The translations under genes and the position numbers were made by a program. Below are positions 17,657 to 26,398 of a stretch of DNA of 52,588 bases, one piece after another (the first letter of the stretch is position 1; each line of letters begins with the position of its first letter). The notes under the pieces are model-generated. The model was not told the DNA's origin. It saw only the letters and a program-made list of their open reading frames with translations, and ran no database searches. This stretch comes from a virus (lineage: Duplodnaviria; Caudoviricetes), in IMG/VR virus record IMGVR_UViG_3300037234_000222, positions 1-52,588 of that record; one strand, given 5' to 3'.

Positions 17657-17979
17657 GGTTCCTCTAAATGTTTTAATATGATTGCAGATGCAGCTATAAC
17701 GTGGGTTCCACCAATCTTGATGAATTCTCTCAACGCCTTTTTGGCTCCCTCTATTTTGGCATCTAACTCTTTTGCCTTCGCTTCATCCTCTAGGCATTGG
17801 GAGAGGCGTTTAATTCCCTCCCAGTCTTCACTCTCATAAATCTCACAAGAATAGACCAGACTTTTCTTTGGATCAAGGTATTGTGTTTCGTGTTCAAGAT
17901 GGAACTCACAATCCCCACACTCAGTATCCCCACAGTTGATGGTGAGCAGGATTTGGTGGGGTTTGGATTCTTTGGTCAT
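17653..17979 (-). CDS. Cys-rich small protein (paralog family)
   Basis: LTINCGDTECGDC...C...RLSQCLEDE. Confidence 0.55.
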   Translation of the reverse strand: MTKESKPHQILLTINCGDTECGDCEFHLEHETQYLDPKKSLVYSCEIYESEDWEGIKRLSQCLEDEAKAKELDAKIEGAKKALREFIKIGGTHVIAASAIILKHLEEP

Positions 17980-18209
17980 TTTGGGCCTTCCATTTTTACA
18001 GTCAATCTTGCATTGGCAGATAGCCTAATCTTTCCAGATGTTGCACCATGTCTTCCATCTTCCCAATAAAAATGCACATCACTGACATTAAAATCTTCTC
18101 TACCTGTAAGCTTACCAGACACCTCGATGAGTTCGTATTTTTTTACAAGGTTAATAAGTTCTCTTGAAAACTCAATATATTTTTCTGGTATTTCAATACG
18201 CTCGTTCAT
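17976..18209 (-). CDS. hypothetical protein
   Basis: GGAGG RBS; W..GRHG motif. Confidence 0.55.
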   Translation of the reverse strand: MNERIEIPEKYIEFSRELINLVKKYELIEVSGKLTGREDFNVSDVHFYWEDGRHGATSGKIRLSANARLTVKMEGPK

Positions 18210-18527
18210 ATCATCCTCCTACGGTACAATTATCTTGAATCCTGTTACATAGCTTATTACGGATATAGTTCCTGTTTTTGTTTTGATTAGGCGGTAGTAG
18301 TAGATCACTCTTTTGTCTCTATGAATAAGCCAGTGTCTGTGTACCCTGTAACCTTGTGAGTTACGCCATCCAAATCAAAAGAAAGAGTAATGTCACCGGG
18401 ATAATACAGATGCTTCCCAACAACCGTATCCACAAGCCCAAGGTATGCACAAATGCTATCGGCTATCCATTGGATAAAACCACCACCGTTGTGCATTCTT
18501 TGGAGCCTGTAATAAATCTTTGCTGAT

Positions 18528-18986
18528 CTACTCACCCCTGACCTCATAAATCTTACAGGCGTTCTCAGCCCCAATAGTTGACATCCCCCGCTTTTTTAAG
18601 AGGGGTAGCTTGTTGCAATCAATAAACTTTGCTTTGTCGGTATTCCTGAAGGGTACTGGCTCCCAAACATCCCCGCATTCACGAATCATTACCCGTTGAA
18701 CGCAAGTGTGGAGCGCAATGTCTAAGGCTTCCCCTGCATAGGTATCAAGGGCATCCTTTTCAATTTGGGAAAAGGCTCTTGATTTGTCGCTAATGATCCG
18801 CTTCTCTTGAAGTACCGGGGCGTTTTGGATTGCATCAAGTTCATCATAACACCTTGCAATCCCTGCCTTAAGCTTCTTTGCCGCCTTTAAATCACATACA
18901 GGGGCTAGCTTGATTAGGTTTGGGGTTGTTGGCTCTAGTGCTGTGCAGCTTGATAGGATGATTGCTAAAATTAGTAGTTTTTTCAT
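18528..18986 (-). CDS. putative lipoprotein
   Basis: MKKLLILAIILSSC lipobox. Confidence 0.6.
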   Translation of the reverse strand: MKKLLILAIILSSCTALEPTTPNLIKLAPVCDLKAAKKLKAGIARCYDELDAIQNAPVLQEKRIISDKSRAFSQIEKDALDTYAGEALDIALHTCVQRVMIRECGDVWEPVPFRNTDKAKFIDCNKLPLLKKRGMSTIGAENACKIYEVRGE

Positions 18987-19204
18987 TCTTCAACCCCTTT
19001 TACTTTGATACCGATGATTTTATCATATAACGACCTAGTAACAAGGCTGTGAACCATTACGATTAAAAAAGCATCCCAATAACCAATTTCTGGAAGGCCC
19101 AAGTGAACTAATTTATTCCAAGCCCAGCTAATAACAAAAGGCCGAATAAGAACTAATGCCCAAAATACAGTGAATTCCGATAGGCTATCTGTTGTTTTTT
19201 TCAT
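18983..19204 (-). CDS. small membrane protein
   Basis: WN......GLPEIGYW.AF motif; hydrophobic. Confidence 0.6.
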   Translation of the reverse strand: MKKTTDSLSEFTVFWALVLIRPFVISWAWNKLVHLGLPEIGYWDAFLIVMVHSLVTRSLYDKIIGIKVKGVEE

Positions 19205-19224
19205 TTCATCCTCTTTAAAGTGAT

Positions 19225-19399
19225 GCCCAGAGCTACTGAGAATAACCTACAAACGACAACCTAGGATGCCGTTCTGGCGACTATTGCTCATGAAGTGCAA
19301 TAATACTTGAGGCCATCGTTGCCATTGCCTTGCTATGCCGGGTCTGGCCGGGCTATGCATTATAAGCCTTGACATTGGCTATTCTTTCCCGCTCTGAGC
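19225..19399 (-). ncRNA. candidate structured non-coding RNA (~175 nt)
   Basis: Intergenic; nested stems 19225-19233/19391-19399 and 19239-19247/19377-19385 whose mismatches are G-U on the minus strand; internal hairpins. Confidence 0.45.
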
Positions 19400-19406
19400 T
19401 TTGTTT

Positions 19407-19850
19407 TTATGAATACCCTTCCTCAAGGGTGATTTTTTCTTTTACCGCTTCCTCAAGTGATTCTTTGAGGCATTTTGTATCAAGTGGATTGCCTAAATTA
19501 AATACGCAAAACACCTGTTCGATTGTCATGCCTTCACGGTATTCATCGTTGCCACCGTTCTCGAACAAAACAAACTTTCCATCTTGTAATCTAAAGGAAA
19601 TCTCCCCCCAAGTTTGGTTGCTGATTCTAACATTTAATGATTGTAAAGTATAGCTATTCAAGGTGATTTCTTCCAAATAATCACGCCCCATTCCACCGCA
19701 TCCAGAGGCGTATTCATCGAACCCAATATCAAGATCGTAATCTTCGTCACAAGTTTCAATGACCATTTCAAGAGGTTTTCCGTAAACTGGAACGTGATTG
19801 TATTTCCCTATCCAGTAAACTGGTTCTTTGTAATTTAGGTTGATAATCAT
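19407..19850 (-). CDS. hypothetical protein
   Basis: ORF track. Confidence 0.5.
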   Translation of the reverse strand: MIINLNYKEPVYWIGKYNHVPVYGKPLEMVIETCDEDYDLDIGFDEYASGCGGMGRDYLEEITLNSYTLQSLNVRISNQTWGEISFRLQDGKFVLFENGGNDEYREGMTIEQVFCVFNLGNPLDTKCLKESLEEAVKEKITLEEGYS

Positions 19851-19854
19851 GGCT

Positions 19855-20220
19855 TTAAAAATTTAAGGTTTGATGAACATTACCCGCAACTGTAAAATTA
19901 AACATAGACAAGGGCCTGTCACCATTTAAACAGAAAACTCCATTTAAATACTCAACTACATTCCCGAACTGATCATTATCACCTTCATAAATATCTTGGC
20001 CATTCTGGTCTTTTATCTCTGTGAATTGCCCCACAGTACCATCCAACACATGAAACCTCCGCCTAATATTGAACCACCCGCCATTGCCGAAGCTGTCAGT
20101 TACGATCCAATATTTTGTATGTTGCTTTGGCTTGTGCTTTACCCATGAAGTTGTAACGACAAGGCTTCCATATACAAACACGCCGTCTTTTGTCATTCCT
20201 CTAAACTTGTAATCTCTCAT
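19855..20220 (-). CDS. YopX-family protein
   Basis: MRDYKFRG...VYGSL...TVGQFT..KD.NG.DIYEGD...V.GN.H. Confidence 0.85.
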   Translation of the reverse strand: MRDYKFRGMTKDGVFVYGSLVVTTSWVKHKPKQHTKYWIVTDSFGNGGWFNIRRRFHVLDGTVGQFTEIKDQNGQDIYEGDNDQFGNVVEYLNGVFCLNGDRPLSMFNFTVAGNVHQTLNF

Positions 20221-20808
20221 AGCTTAATCCCTCTCTTTCGCCTTCCAAAAATACGTTTCCAAATGAACTTGACAATGCTCTTCAAAACTCGAAAGAAGCC
20301 GTAAAACATGAGTAGCCACATCCCAATTACAATGATCCAGAAAGCTATTGGTTCTCCGTACATTTTTAATCCTGTCTTGAATATTTCTTCCTAGCGACAC
20401 CGCCAAGAAATTTAATTTTCTGTTTGCTCCTGCCCCATAAATATTTGGCTTGAGCCTTTTGCAAAGCTTCAGAAATGCAATCAGCGTCAACCTCTTCGGT
20501 TATAACCTGATTCTGGTCATCAACTGAAACATTGAGTGTTACAGTCCAAACCCTAGCTCTAGCTGCGTTGAATCTCTTTACTGACTCCATTAGGCTGTCC
20601 ATGTCTTCGAATATTGTGGTTTGCTGGATCTCTGTATTCTGGGTTGTGGAGTCTGTTTGGCAATTCTTGTCGCTCATATCTTCCTCCTAGCTTGAGGCAT
20701 GCTTCTTCGTTGGTGTAGCCTTGGTTTAGTAGGCTTCTGTGTTTATTTAGGTGGTTCATTCTGTTTTGGCTGTTAGGTCTTGGTTTATTTTGAATCAATC
20801 ACATATGT

Positions 20809-21000
20809 TTAAACTTCTTCTGGAAAAAGCTGCTTATTGACGGATTCAAGCTGAGTTTTCCAGTCAAAAGATTCATGGAGCAATTTTAATTCATTGTGGT
20901 TTGCTGGCTGAGATTTAGAAAGTTTTTTTGCAGCAGCCTTGAGGTTGCTTGGCATTTTTTCAAACTTGTTTGGGCCTTGAACTTTTACTTGGTTTTTCAT
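20809..21000 (-). CDS. hypothetical protein, first gene after a repeated promoter
   Basis: GGAG RBS. Confidence 0.55.
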   Translation of the reverse strand: MKNQVKVQGPNKFEKMPSNLKAAAKKLSKSQPANHNELKLLHESFDWKTQLESVNKQLFPEEV

Positions 21001-21014
21001 AATATTCTCCGTTT

Positions 21015-21091
21015 AAGTTAGTGTTGCGTTGTTGTTGATTAGATATTCTCAGAATGGATTTATTTTGTCAACTAATAAAAAGATTATTTTA
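21015..21091 (-). promoter_or_regulatory. repeated promoter/leader, copy 1 (TTGACA-17-GAATAT)
   Basis: Near-identical to 35604-35680. Confidence 0.75.
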
Positions 21092-21103
21092 GAACTATTC
21101 TTC

Positions 21104-21448
21104 TTACACCTGATTTAGCATTCTTTTCTTAACTTCCTTGGTTCGCCTGATCAGCTCAATCCATATCTCATGTTCTTTCCATTTCTCCGCATAGGTCATT
21201 ATACCTTTGTACTTCTTGTATTGATCCCTTTCAGCATGGCATACATGGCACAAGAAAGCAGTTTCTTCATCATCCCCTTTGCTTCCCATGCATTTGCCGT
21301 ATTCATGCTGTAGGGGGCCAGTATAATGCGCTGAACAGATTGTGCCATCATTCACCCCGCACGAAACACAGCTCTGATTTCTAGCATCAAGCTCTTTTTT
21401 ATCCCTTTTGCTCTTCTTCTCCTTTCGTCCGGGCTTAGCCAGTTTCAT
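21104..21448 (-). CDS. Zn-binding HNH-like nuclease (DUF1364/DUF968-like)
   Basis: CVSCG......AH.......MG.KGDD..TAFLCHVCH. Confidence 0.7.
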   Translation of the reverse strand: MKLAKPGRKEKKSKRDKKELDARNQSCVSCGVNDGTICSAHYTGPLQHEYGKCMGSKGDDEETAFLCHVCHAERDQYKKYKGIMTYAEKWKEHEIWIELIRRTKEVKKRMLNQV

Positions 21449-22143
21449 ATAGGTAAACTCATTTGAAACTCATCGTATTTTGCCGCTTTCTGCAAATTCT
21501 CTTTTGCTGGCAATAGTCTTAAATTATCTAAACCCCAGCACCGCTGAAAATCTATGCAATAATAAGACGTTATGTTAAAAACTGAAACAGGTATAATATG
21601 ATCTATGTGCAATTTATCAAAATCATCCCAAGTGTAGCCATCTGGCATTGTCTTTGTTAAATAAGCTACCAAGTCATTCCTCGTATACCCTACTAATTTT
21701 TCCCAAGAGCTGCCATCTTTTTTATTTCGTAAAGATTGCCTTACGAGATTAGACATCCTTCTCTTTAAAATATAAGAAGGTTTTTTCTTGTTCTTCTCGT
21801 GTCTTTTTTTATTTTTTTTTGATATATTTTTAGCGTTAAGTATTGAATATTCTTTATTTCTTTTTGTTATTTTTTCTTTATTTTTTTCGCTATACTCTCT
21901 ATCATATTTTGATTTTCTCTCTTTATTTTCCTTATACCACATCTTAGCCCTCTCACGATTTTCTATTTTATTTTTTGAATTCATTAACTTTGAGCACTCT
22001 TTGCAAGAATTACTTTTTGCATACCTTGGCGACTCATGCCCACGATTACACTTTTCAAGAGGAACAAATGTTGCTTCACCATCACTAATAGCTTTTAATC
22101 TTCTTCTGTGGGACTCTTCTGAAAGTACTTTTAAATTAGGCAT
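21445..22143 (-). CDS. HNH homing endonuclease-like protein
   Basis: C.RGH...R......C.EC, HIDHIIPVS.F...CW.LDNLRLL.A.ENL.K; AT-rich; own promoter TTGCAA-17-TATCAT at 22238-22266. Confidence 0.8.
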   Translation of the reverse strand: MPNLKVLSEESHRRRLKAISDGEATFVPLEKCNRGHESPRYAKSNSCKECSKLMNSKNKIENRERAKMWYKENKERKSKYDREYSEKNKEKITKRNKEYSILNAKNISKKNKKRHEKNKKKPSYILKRRMSNLVRQSLRNKKDGSSWEKLVGYTRNDLVAYLTKTMPDGYTWDDFDKLHIDHIIPVSVFNITSYYCIDFQRCWGLDNLRLLPAKENLQKAAKYDEFQMSLPI

Positions 22144-22160
22144 AACTATAAAATAAAAAA

Positions 22161-22231
22161 CCCCCACCTAAAACCGAGTTTGCGAGAACCAGTGGCCTTA
22201 AATGGGGGCATTAAATCTTTTTGGTTCTCGC
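22161..22231 (-). promoter_or_regulatory. interleaved inverted-repeat leader (attenuator or pseudoknot candidate) upstream of the HNH gene
   Basis: GCGAGAACCA 22182-22191 / TGGTTCTCGC 22222-22231 interleaved with CCCCCA 22161-22166 / TGGGGG 22203-22208, followed by a U-tract. Confidence 0.55.
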
Positions 22232-22641
22232 TCAATTATGATAACTTAAATGGCTCAGTTTTGCAAGCTATAAATCATCCTTAAACCTTTCTATCTGTTC
22301 GTCATCAACCTCGATAATAAAAATCCTATCATCTTTTGTGAATTGAAACCTCGCTAATGCTTTGAATGGGTCAAGTTCTGTTTTGATTACCGCCTTGATT
22401 TCTGATCCATCCGCTAGAACTACGGCTAAGATATATTGTTTCATAGCTTAATTACCCCTAATTAACGGTTTAGCAAAAACACTTCCCTTCCTTTGCAGAA
22501 TTGATATGCCACAGCCTGAACACACTACAATATATAGTCCATCCCTTGCAAATGGATCATCTTTCTGGTTCCATTTAACCTTATTTTTGTTAACGCAGCA
22601 AGGGCATTCATAAGGATACTTTGACGGTTTTAATTCCTCAT

Positions 22642-23523
22642 TCATAATTCAATTACCTCCCCCTGCCTAGAATAACCCCGATAGTCATTCCCGTTTTTAA
22701 AATCAATGTACCGATTCCAGCCCTTTAGAATTACCTGCCAGCCTTCATCTAGCATTTTCTCTGTCATTCTATATACTTCAGTATTAAAAGGCTCGCAATT
22801 TTCTGTTGCCACTATGAAAAAATCATTGACGTTTAACCCTAGAGCGTTTGCAACTTTCATATAGAGCGATGCCGAACTGTGGTATCCATATTTCCAAACA
22901 TCCCTCTTAAATTCCCACGGCTCAGAACTTTTAGCTGATTTCAAATCAACGATATACCCGCCGTTTTCATCCTTCATTCTATAATCTGGCCTGATCTTGA
23001 TTAGCAAGTCGCCTTCATAATCTGGAAAGATTTTGCTTGCCTCGATCATTAAGCTCTCTTCCACCTCCCAGCTATCGCCTTTCTTATAGATGTACTGGCT
23101 GGCCTCTGGATGGGCGTAAAAGCTCTTTTTCATGGCTTCTAGCGTGTCTTTTTGGGCTTGGTCGATCAACAATAGCTTTCCTTTTGCCTCCGTTTCTTGT
23201 TTCTCCACAAGTTTTTTTAATTCTGGAAGCTTTAGCTTTTTCAGCTTACCATGGCTGCAAATGTAGCTCAAGAAATATCTCTCTAAGAAAAGGTATAGCT
23301 GCCTATTCCCCTTTAGCGTTGCCCTATTCACCTTCGGCAATACAAGCGAACGGTCAATGTCTTCAAGGATGAAGTCGTGGAAAATTGTTCCAAGGTTCAT
23401 TTCCTTTGAATCTTTGCGCTCTTTGTTCCAATCGTTGATAGACCTAGCTAGGGCTTTGAAGTCGGAGCTTGAAAGGCTGTTGGCTAAGGCGTGGTATTCT
23501 TCGTTACTTAGGCGTTTTTTCAT
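22642..23523 (-). CDS. RecE/exonuclease VIII-like PD-(D/E)XK nuclease (DUF3799 type)
   Basis: NEEYHA...LSSS, GTIFH..ILE, KIRPDY...IVDLKS, YGYH..A..Y. Confidence 0.88.
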   Translation of the reverse strand: MKKRLSNEEYHALANSLSSSDFKALARSINDWNKERKDSKEMNLGTIFHDFILEDIDRSLVLPKVNRATLKGNRQLYLFLERYFLSYICSHGKLKKLKLPELKKLVEKQETEAKGKLLLIDQAQKDTLEAMKKSFYAHPEASQYIYKKGDSWEVEESLMIEASKIFPDYEGDLLIKIRPDYRMKDENGGYIVDLKSAKSSEPWEFKRDVWKYGYHSSASLYMKVANALGLNVNDFFIVATENCEPFNTEVYRMTEKMLDEGWQVILKGWNRYIDFKNGNDYRGYSRQGEVIEL

Positions 23524-23524
23524 T

Positions 23525-23839
23525 TCAATCCTCTCCTAGCCACCAATTAGGGTGACCGTCAGTATAGTTAATTTCGTCCATTTCCCATTCACTTGTGATA
23601 GCCCCACATTTCCTACAAGCCGATCCATGCCAATATGAGCCGCCACCATAATCATGGGCAAGCTCTACAATTTCATGGCCTCCACAAGTGCATCCTCGAT
23701 TTAGTCCTTTTCTCCAATTCTCACTAAGCTCATCGCTCGTCTTAAAGAGTGGGCGCAATACAATGTCGGATGTGCCATCGTATTCCCACCACCAGATTTC
23801 ACCATCTTCAAATCTGCATTGTCCTTGTGCATGACTCAT
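23525..23839 (-). CDS. conserved hypothetical Zn-binding protein
   Basis: EYDGTSD..., CTCG, YGGGSYW.G.ACRKC. Confidence 0.6.
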   Translation of the reverse strand: MSHAQGQCRFEDGEIWWWEYDGTSDIVLRPLFKTSDELSENWRKGLNRGCTCGGHEIVELAHDYGGGSYWHGSACRKCGAITSEWEMDEINYTDGHPNWWLGED

Positions 23840-23853
23840 ATTTTACTCCTTGT

Positions 23854-23864
23854 TGTGGTTATCA
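23854..23864. repeat. dif-like half site F (TGTGGTTATCA)
   Basis: GTTGTG context at a gene boundary; second arm absent. Confidence 0.35.
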
Positions 23865-23889
23865 GCCCTCTTGGGGCGGGGTTTGTTGG

Positions 23890-24456
23890 TTATCTCCACT
23901 GCTCTTTCATCATGTACCCTTGGATACGATAAGCGGCAGTGGACAAGATTAAGTTTTTCCAATTTTCTTTTGTTTTCTCTTTGTGGAGCTGTGGTGGCTT
24001 GACTACTGTTCTCAATTGCGATTCTTGCACCCAATAGTACAACCCTGCATACTCAGGTAGCAATGGTAAAACCTTATCGACAAGCTCTTTTGGAACTGCA
24101 TATGAGAACCAATTTGGAGACATAATCTGTCCTTCTCGTGAATCAAGACTGCGGCCATTTCGCCCTGAAAGAATCTTATGCTTCCCTTCTTTTTTGAAAT
24201 CCTTTTTGAAGTCGGTTAATGAAATTTTTACCTCTGTTTCTTCAATCAAACCACCTTCTGTCATCGAGATAAAATCGGCTCTCCACATTGGACCACGGCA
24301 CCCAAGTTGGATTTCATGCACACTTAGGTTTCGTCCGTAGAAATTGGAATATAGCGATCCAACAATTGTATCTGCTAACCGGGTAGGGGGTTTCCGTGAA
24401 AGCCTCCCGGTCCCCATGCATTTATCGCAATACGGTTGCTTTTTTATTACTTCCAT
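23890..24456 (-). CDS. MmcB-like PD-(D/E)XK nuclease
   Basis: RADF......EVKISLTDFKKDFKK..KH, PNWFSYAVP, LPEYAGL. Confidence 0.7.
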   Translation of the reverse strand: MEVIKKQPYCDKCMGTGRLSRKPPTRLADTIVGSLYSNFYGRNLSVHEIQLGCRGPMWRADFISMTEGGLIEETEVKISLTDFKKDFKKEGKHKILSGRNGRSLDSREGQIMSPNWFSYAVPKELVDKVLPLLPEYAGLYYWVQESQLRTVVKPPQLHKEKTKENWKNLILSTAAYRIQGYMMKEQWR

Positions 24457-24470
24457 GCTTCTTTCTCAGT

Positions 24471-24498
24471 TGTGGTCATAATAAAGGTTATCTACACA
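24471..24498. repeat. dif-like 28-bp site A: TGTGGTCATAA-TAAAGG-TTATCTACACA
   Basis: 11-6-11 imperfect palindrome with ATAA-N6-TTAT core; overlaps the MTase stop codon. Confidence 0.75.
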
Positions 24499-25211
24499 CT
24501 TTCAATTCGTTCTTGCGCAACCTTGAAATACCCCTCATCATTTTCAATTCCAATGAATTTACGATTGAGGTTTTTTGCTGCTACTCCAGTTGATCCGCTG
24601 CCCATTGTGAAATCCAGTACGGTTTCGTTTTCGTTGGTGTAGGTCTTGATTAGGTATTCTAGTAGGGCTACTGGTTTTTGGGTTGGGTGGACTTTGCCTT
24701 TTTGAGAGGCATTACTTACTTCTAAAATTGCCTTCGGGTATTTATGCGTGTATGCCTTGTTTTCAGTAAAGGCATTATTATTTATCTCAGATTTATTCCC
24801 TTTGTTTCCTCCTCTATATTTTACCTTATCCCGTTTAACCATAATCGGGAAGTAGTTGACTTTTTTACCGCTCTTTTCAAATATCAATATATTTTCAAAA
24901 GTTTTAATCGGTTGTATTTTTGATAACAGAGGATTTCCTCCTTTCTTTTTATCCCACACCCAATCGTACTTGTAATTCTTAATATTACTCATTCTCAAAG
25001 CACTACTAAAAGGCTCACTGCCAAACAAAACGATGGCCCCATTAGGCTTGACAACCCGTTTCAACTCAGACCACATAGGCTCAAACGAAATTATGCTATC
25101 CCATTTGCAGGCCGTGGTCCCATAAGGTGGGTCAGTCAAAATCATATCAACCGACCCCGCAGGAATATCTTTCATCTCCTCCAAGCAATCGCCTAGGATT
25201 AGTTCAATCAT
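24492..25211 (-). CDS. DNA methyltransferase (N6A/N4C, beta class)
   Basis: GDCLE, DPPY, HPTQKPV.LL, VLDFTMGSGSTG. Confidence 0.95.
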   Translation of the reverse strand: MIELILGDCLEEMKDIPAGSVDMILTDPPYGTTACKWDSIISFEPMWSELKRVVKPNGAIVLFGSEPFSSALRMSNIKNYKYDWVWDKKKGGNPLLSKIQPIKTFENILIFEKSGKKVNYFPIMVKRDKVKYRGGNKGNKSEINNNAFTENKAYTHKYPKAILEVSNASQKGKVHPTQKPVALLEYLIKTYTNENETVLDFTMGSGSTGVAAKNLNRKFIGIENDEGYFKVAQERIESV

Positions 25212-25222
25212 GTCTCTCCTGT

Positions 25223-25233
25223 TGTGTTGATAA
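25223..25233. repeat. dif-like half site B (TGTGTTGATAA)
   Basis: Identical to left arm of site C; right arm degenerate. Confidence 0.6.
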
Positions 25234-25241
25234 TAAATATT

Positions 25242-25478
25242 TCAGCTTCTTGTTCCATCACAATACTGCTTCCACAGACCAATCTGCATAAACCCAATAT
25301 TGAATTGAAGCTGAATATCATTGATTAGCTTGTCAAATCCAAGCCAATTTAAGGTAAAAGGTCTATACCATGACATTGAGAAATAAAATTGATTAGTCCC
25401 GCATCGGAAACCCCTTTTGTCATTGTTGAAATAAAATCTTATCCCGCCTTTCTTTTTGTTTTTTATTGCAATTTTCAT
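25242..25478 (-). CDS. hypothetical protein bounded by dif-like sites
   Basis: AAGGA RBS; lies between sites B and C. Confidence 0.55.
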   Translation of the reverse strand: MKIAIKNKKKGGIRFYFNNDKRGFRCGTNQFYFSMSWYRPFTLNWLGFDKLINDIQLQFNIGFMQIGLWKQYCDGTRS

Positions 25479-25494
25479 ACTTCCTTTAATTGGT

Positions 25495-25522
25495 TGTGTT
25501 GATAAGGTAAATTATGACCACA
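25495..25522. repeat. dif-like 28-bp site C: TGTGTTGATAA-GGTAAA-TTATGACCACA
   Basis: Right arm is the exact reverse complement of the left arm of site A, so arm order is inverted relative to A. Confidence 0.75.
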
Positions 25523-25523
25523 A

Positions 25524-25862
25524 TCACTCAAGTAACTCAGGGTTTTCATGAATGTTGCCGACAATACGAGCCTGTAAAATTTCGTCATTGACAATAGATG
25601 CAAGGTCTACTTGGCTATCAATTGCCCAAAACCCTCCTTCTGCATCAAAATAAACCGCATGAGGTTCTAAGCTGCCATCTTCTGAGGCTAAGATATCACC
25701 GTCATAGACTTCTTTGCCTTCTATGGTTTTAGCTTCGGTGTATTGTTCAAAAATAAAATACTCATTTGGCTGCATTGGGGATAATTCATTGAATATAACA
25801 TCTTTATTATGTAACATCTCCTGACCACAAATATCCCAAGCTCTAAATTTAATCTCTCTCAT
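25524..25862 (-). CDS. YopX-family protein
   Basis: MREIKFRAWD...QYT.....GKEVYDGDI...IVGNIHENPELL. Confidence 0.88.
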   Translation of the reverse strand: MREIKFRAWDICGQEMLHNKDVIFNELSPMQPNEYFIFEQYTEAKTIEGKEVYDGDILASEDGSLEPHAVYFDAEGGFWAIDSQVDLASIVNDEILQARIVGNIHENPELLE

Positions 25863-26185
25863 TTCCCCTCCTCTACAATTCGCACAGCTTCCATGAGGGC
25901 TTCGATCCAAGAGTTGCCGATCCGTCCGGGTATTCTGTACTGATTAGTACATAGATTAGCTCCACCTAACGGGTTTGGTCGCACTTCATGCCATCCGTTC
26001 TCCCAAAGCCACTCCATAATGTCGATTGCATCTGGGCAGTTGGCTAGAATAAATTTACTTAGCACAGAGTGCCGATAACTTGATTTAGGATAATTCTCTG
26101 AATTCTCAAAAACCAAATCAGTATCCTTAAACAGATGCCCATGCTTCTCACACCAGTCAAGGTTTGGTAGTTTTTCTTGGTTCAT
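25859..26185 (-). CDS. hypothetical protein
   Basis: ORF track; GAGGAG RBS before MNQEKL. Confidence 0.5.
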   Translation of the reverse strand: MNQEKLPNLDWCEKHGHLFKDTDLVFENSENYPKSSYRHSVLSKFILANCPDAIDIMEWLWENGWHEVRPNPLGGANLCTNQYRIPGRIGNSWIEALMEAVRIVEEGK

Positions 26186-26385
26186 TTTAACTCCTCTTTT
26201 ACTTGTTCTACTGTCGGGAAAAAGGCCCACCCTAATATTAATTCTTTACCAACATAACATCCACGAATAAACCAACCTTCTCCGTCATAGAAACAACCAT
26301 TTGTGGTTTTTCCTGATTTCATTAGTATGAGAACTTCAAGGCAGTGTTCAGGTAGTTTGTCTGGATTTTTAAATTTTAATTCCAT
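26182..26385 (-). CDS. DUF551-like protein
   Basis: LPEHCLEVLI...CFYD..GW...ILGWA.FP. Confidence 0.6.
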   Translation of the reverse strand: MELKFKNPDKLPEHCLEVLILMKSGKTTNGCFYDGEGWFIRGCYVGKELILGWAFFPTVEQVKEELK

Positions 26386-26398
26386 TTCTCCTCTCAGT

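Noticed and set aside
19205-19406. tRNA or tmRNA in the structured gaps
   Set aside because: No TTCGA T-loop or cloverleaf spacing recognised.
21788-22156. Plus-strand Phe/Leu-rich ORF and most other plus-strand ORFs outside 9927-12013
   Set aside because: Antisense shadows of well-supported minus-strand genes; no RBS or motifs.
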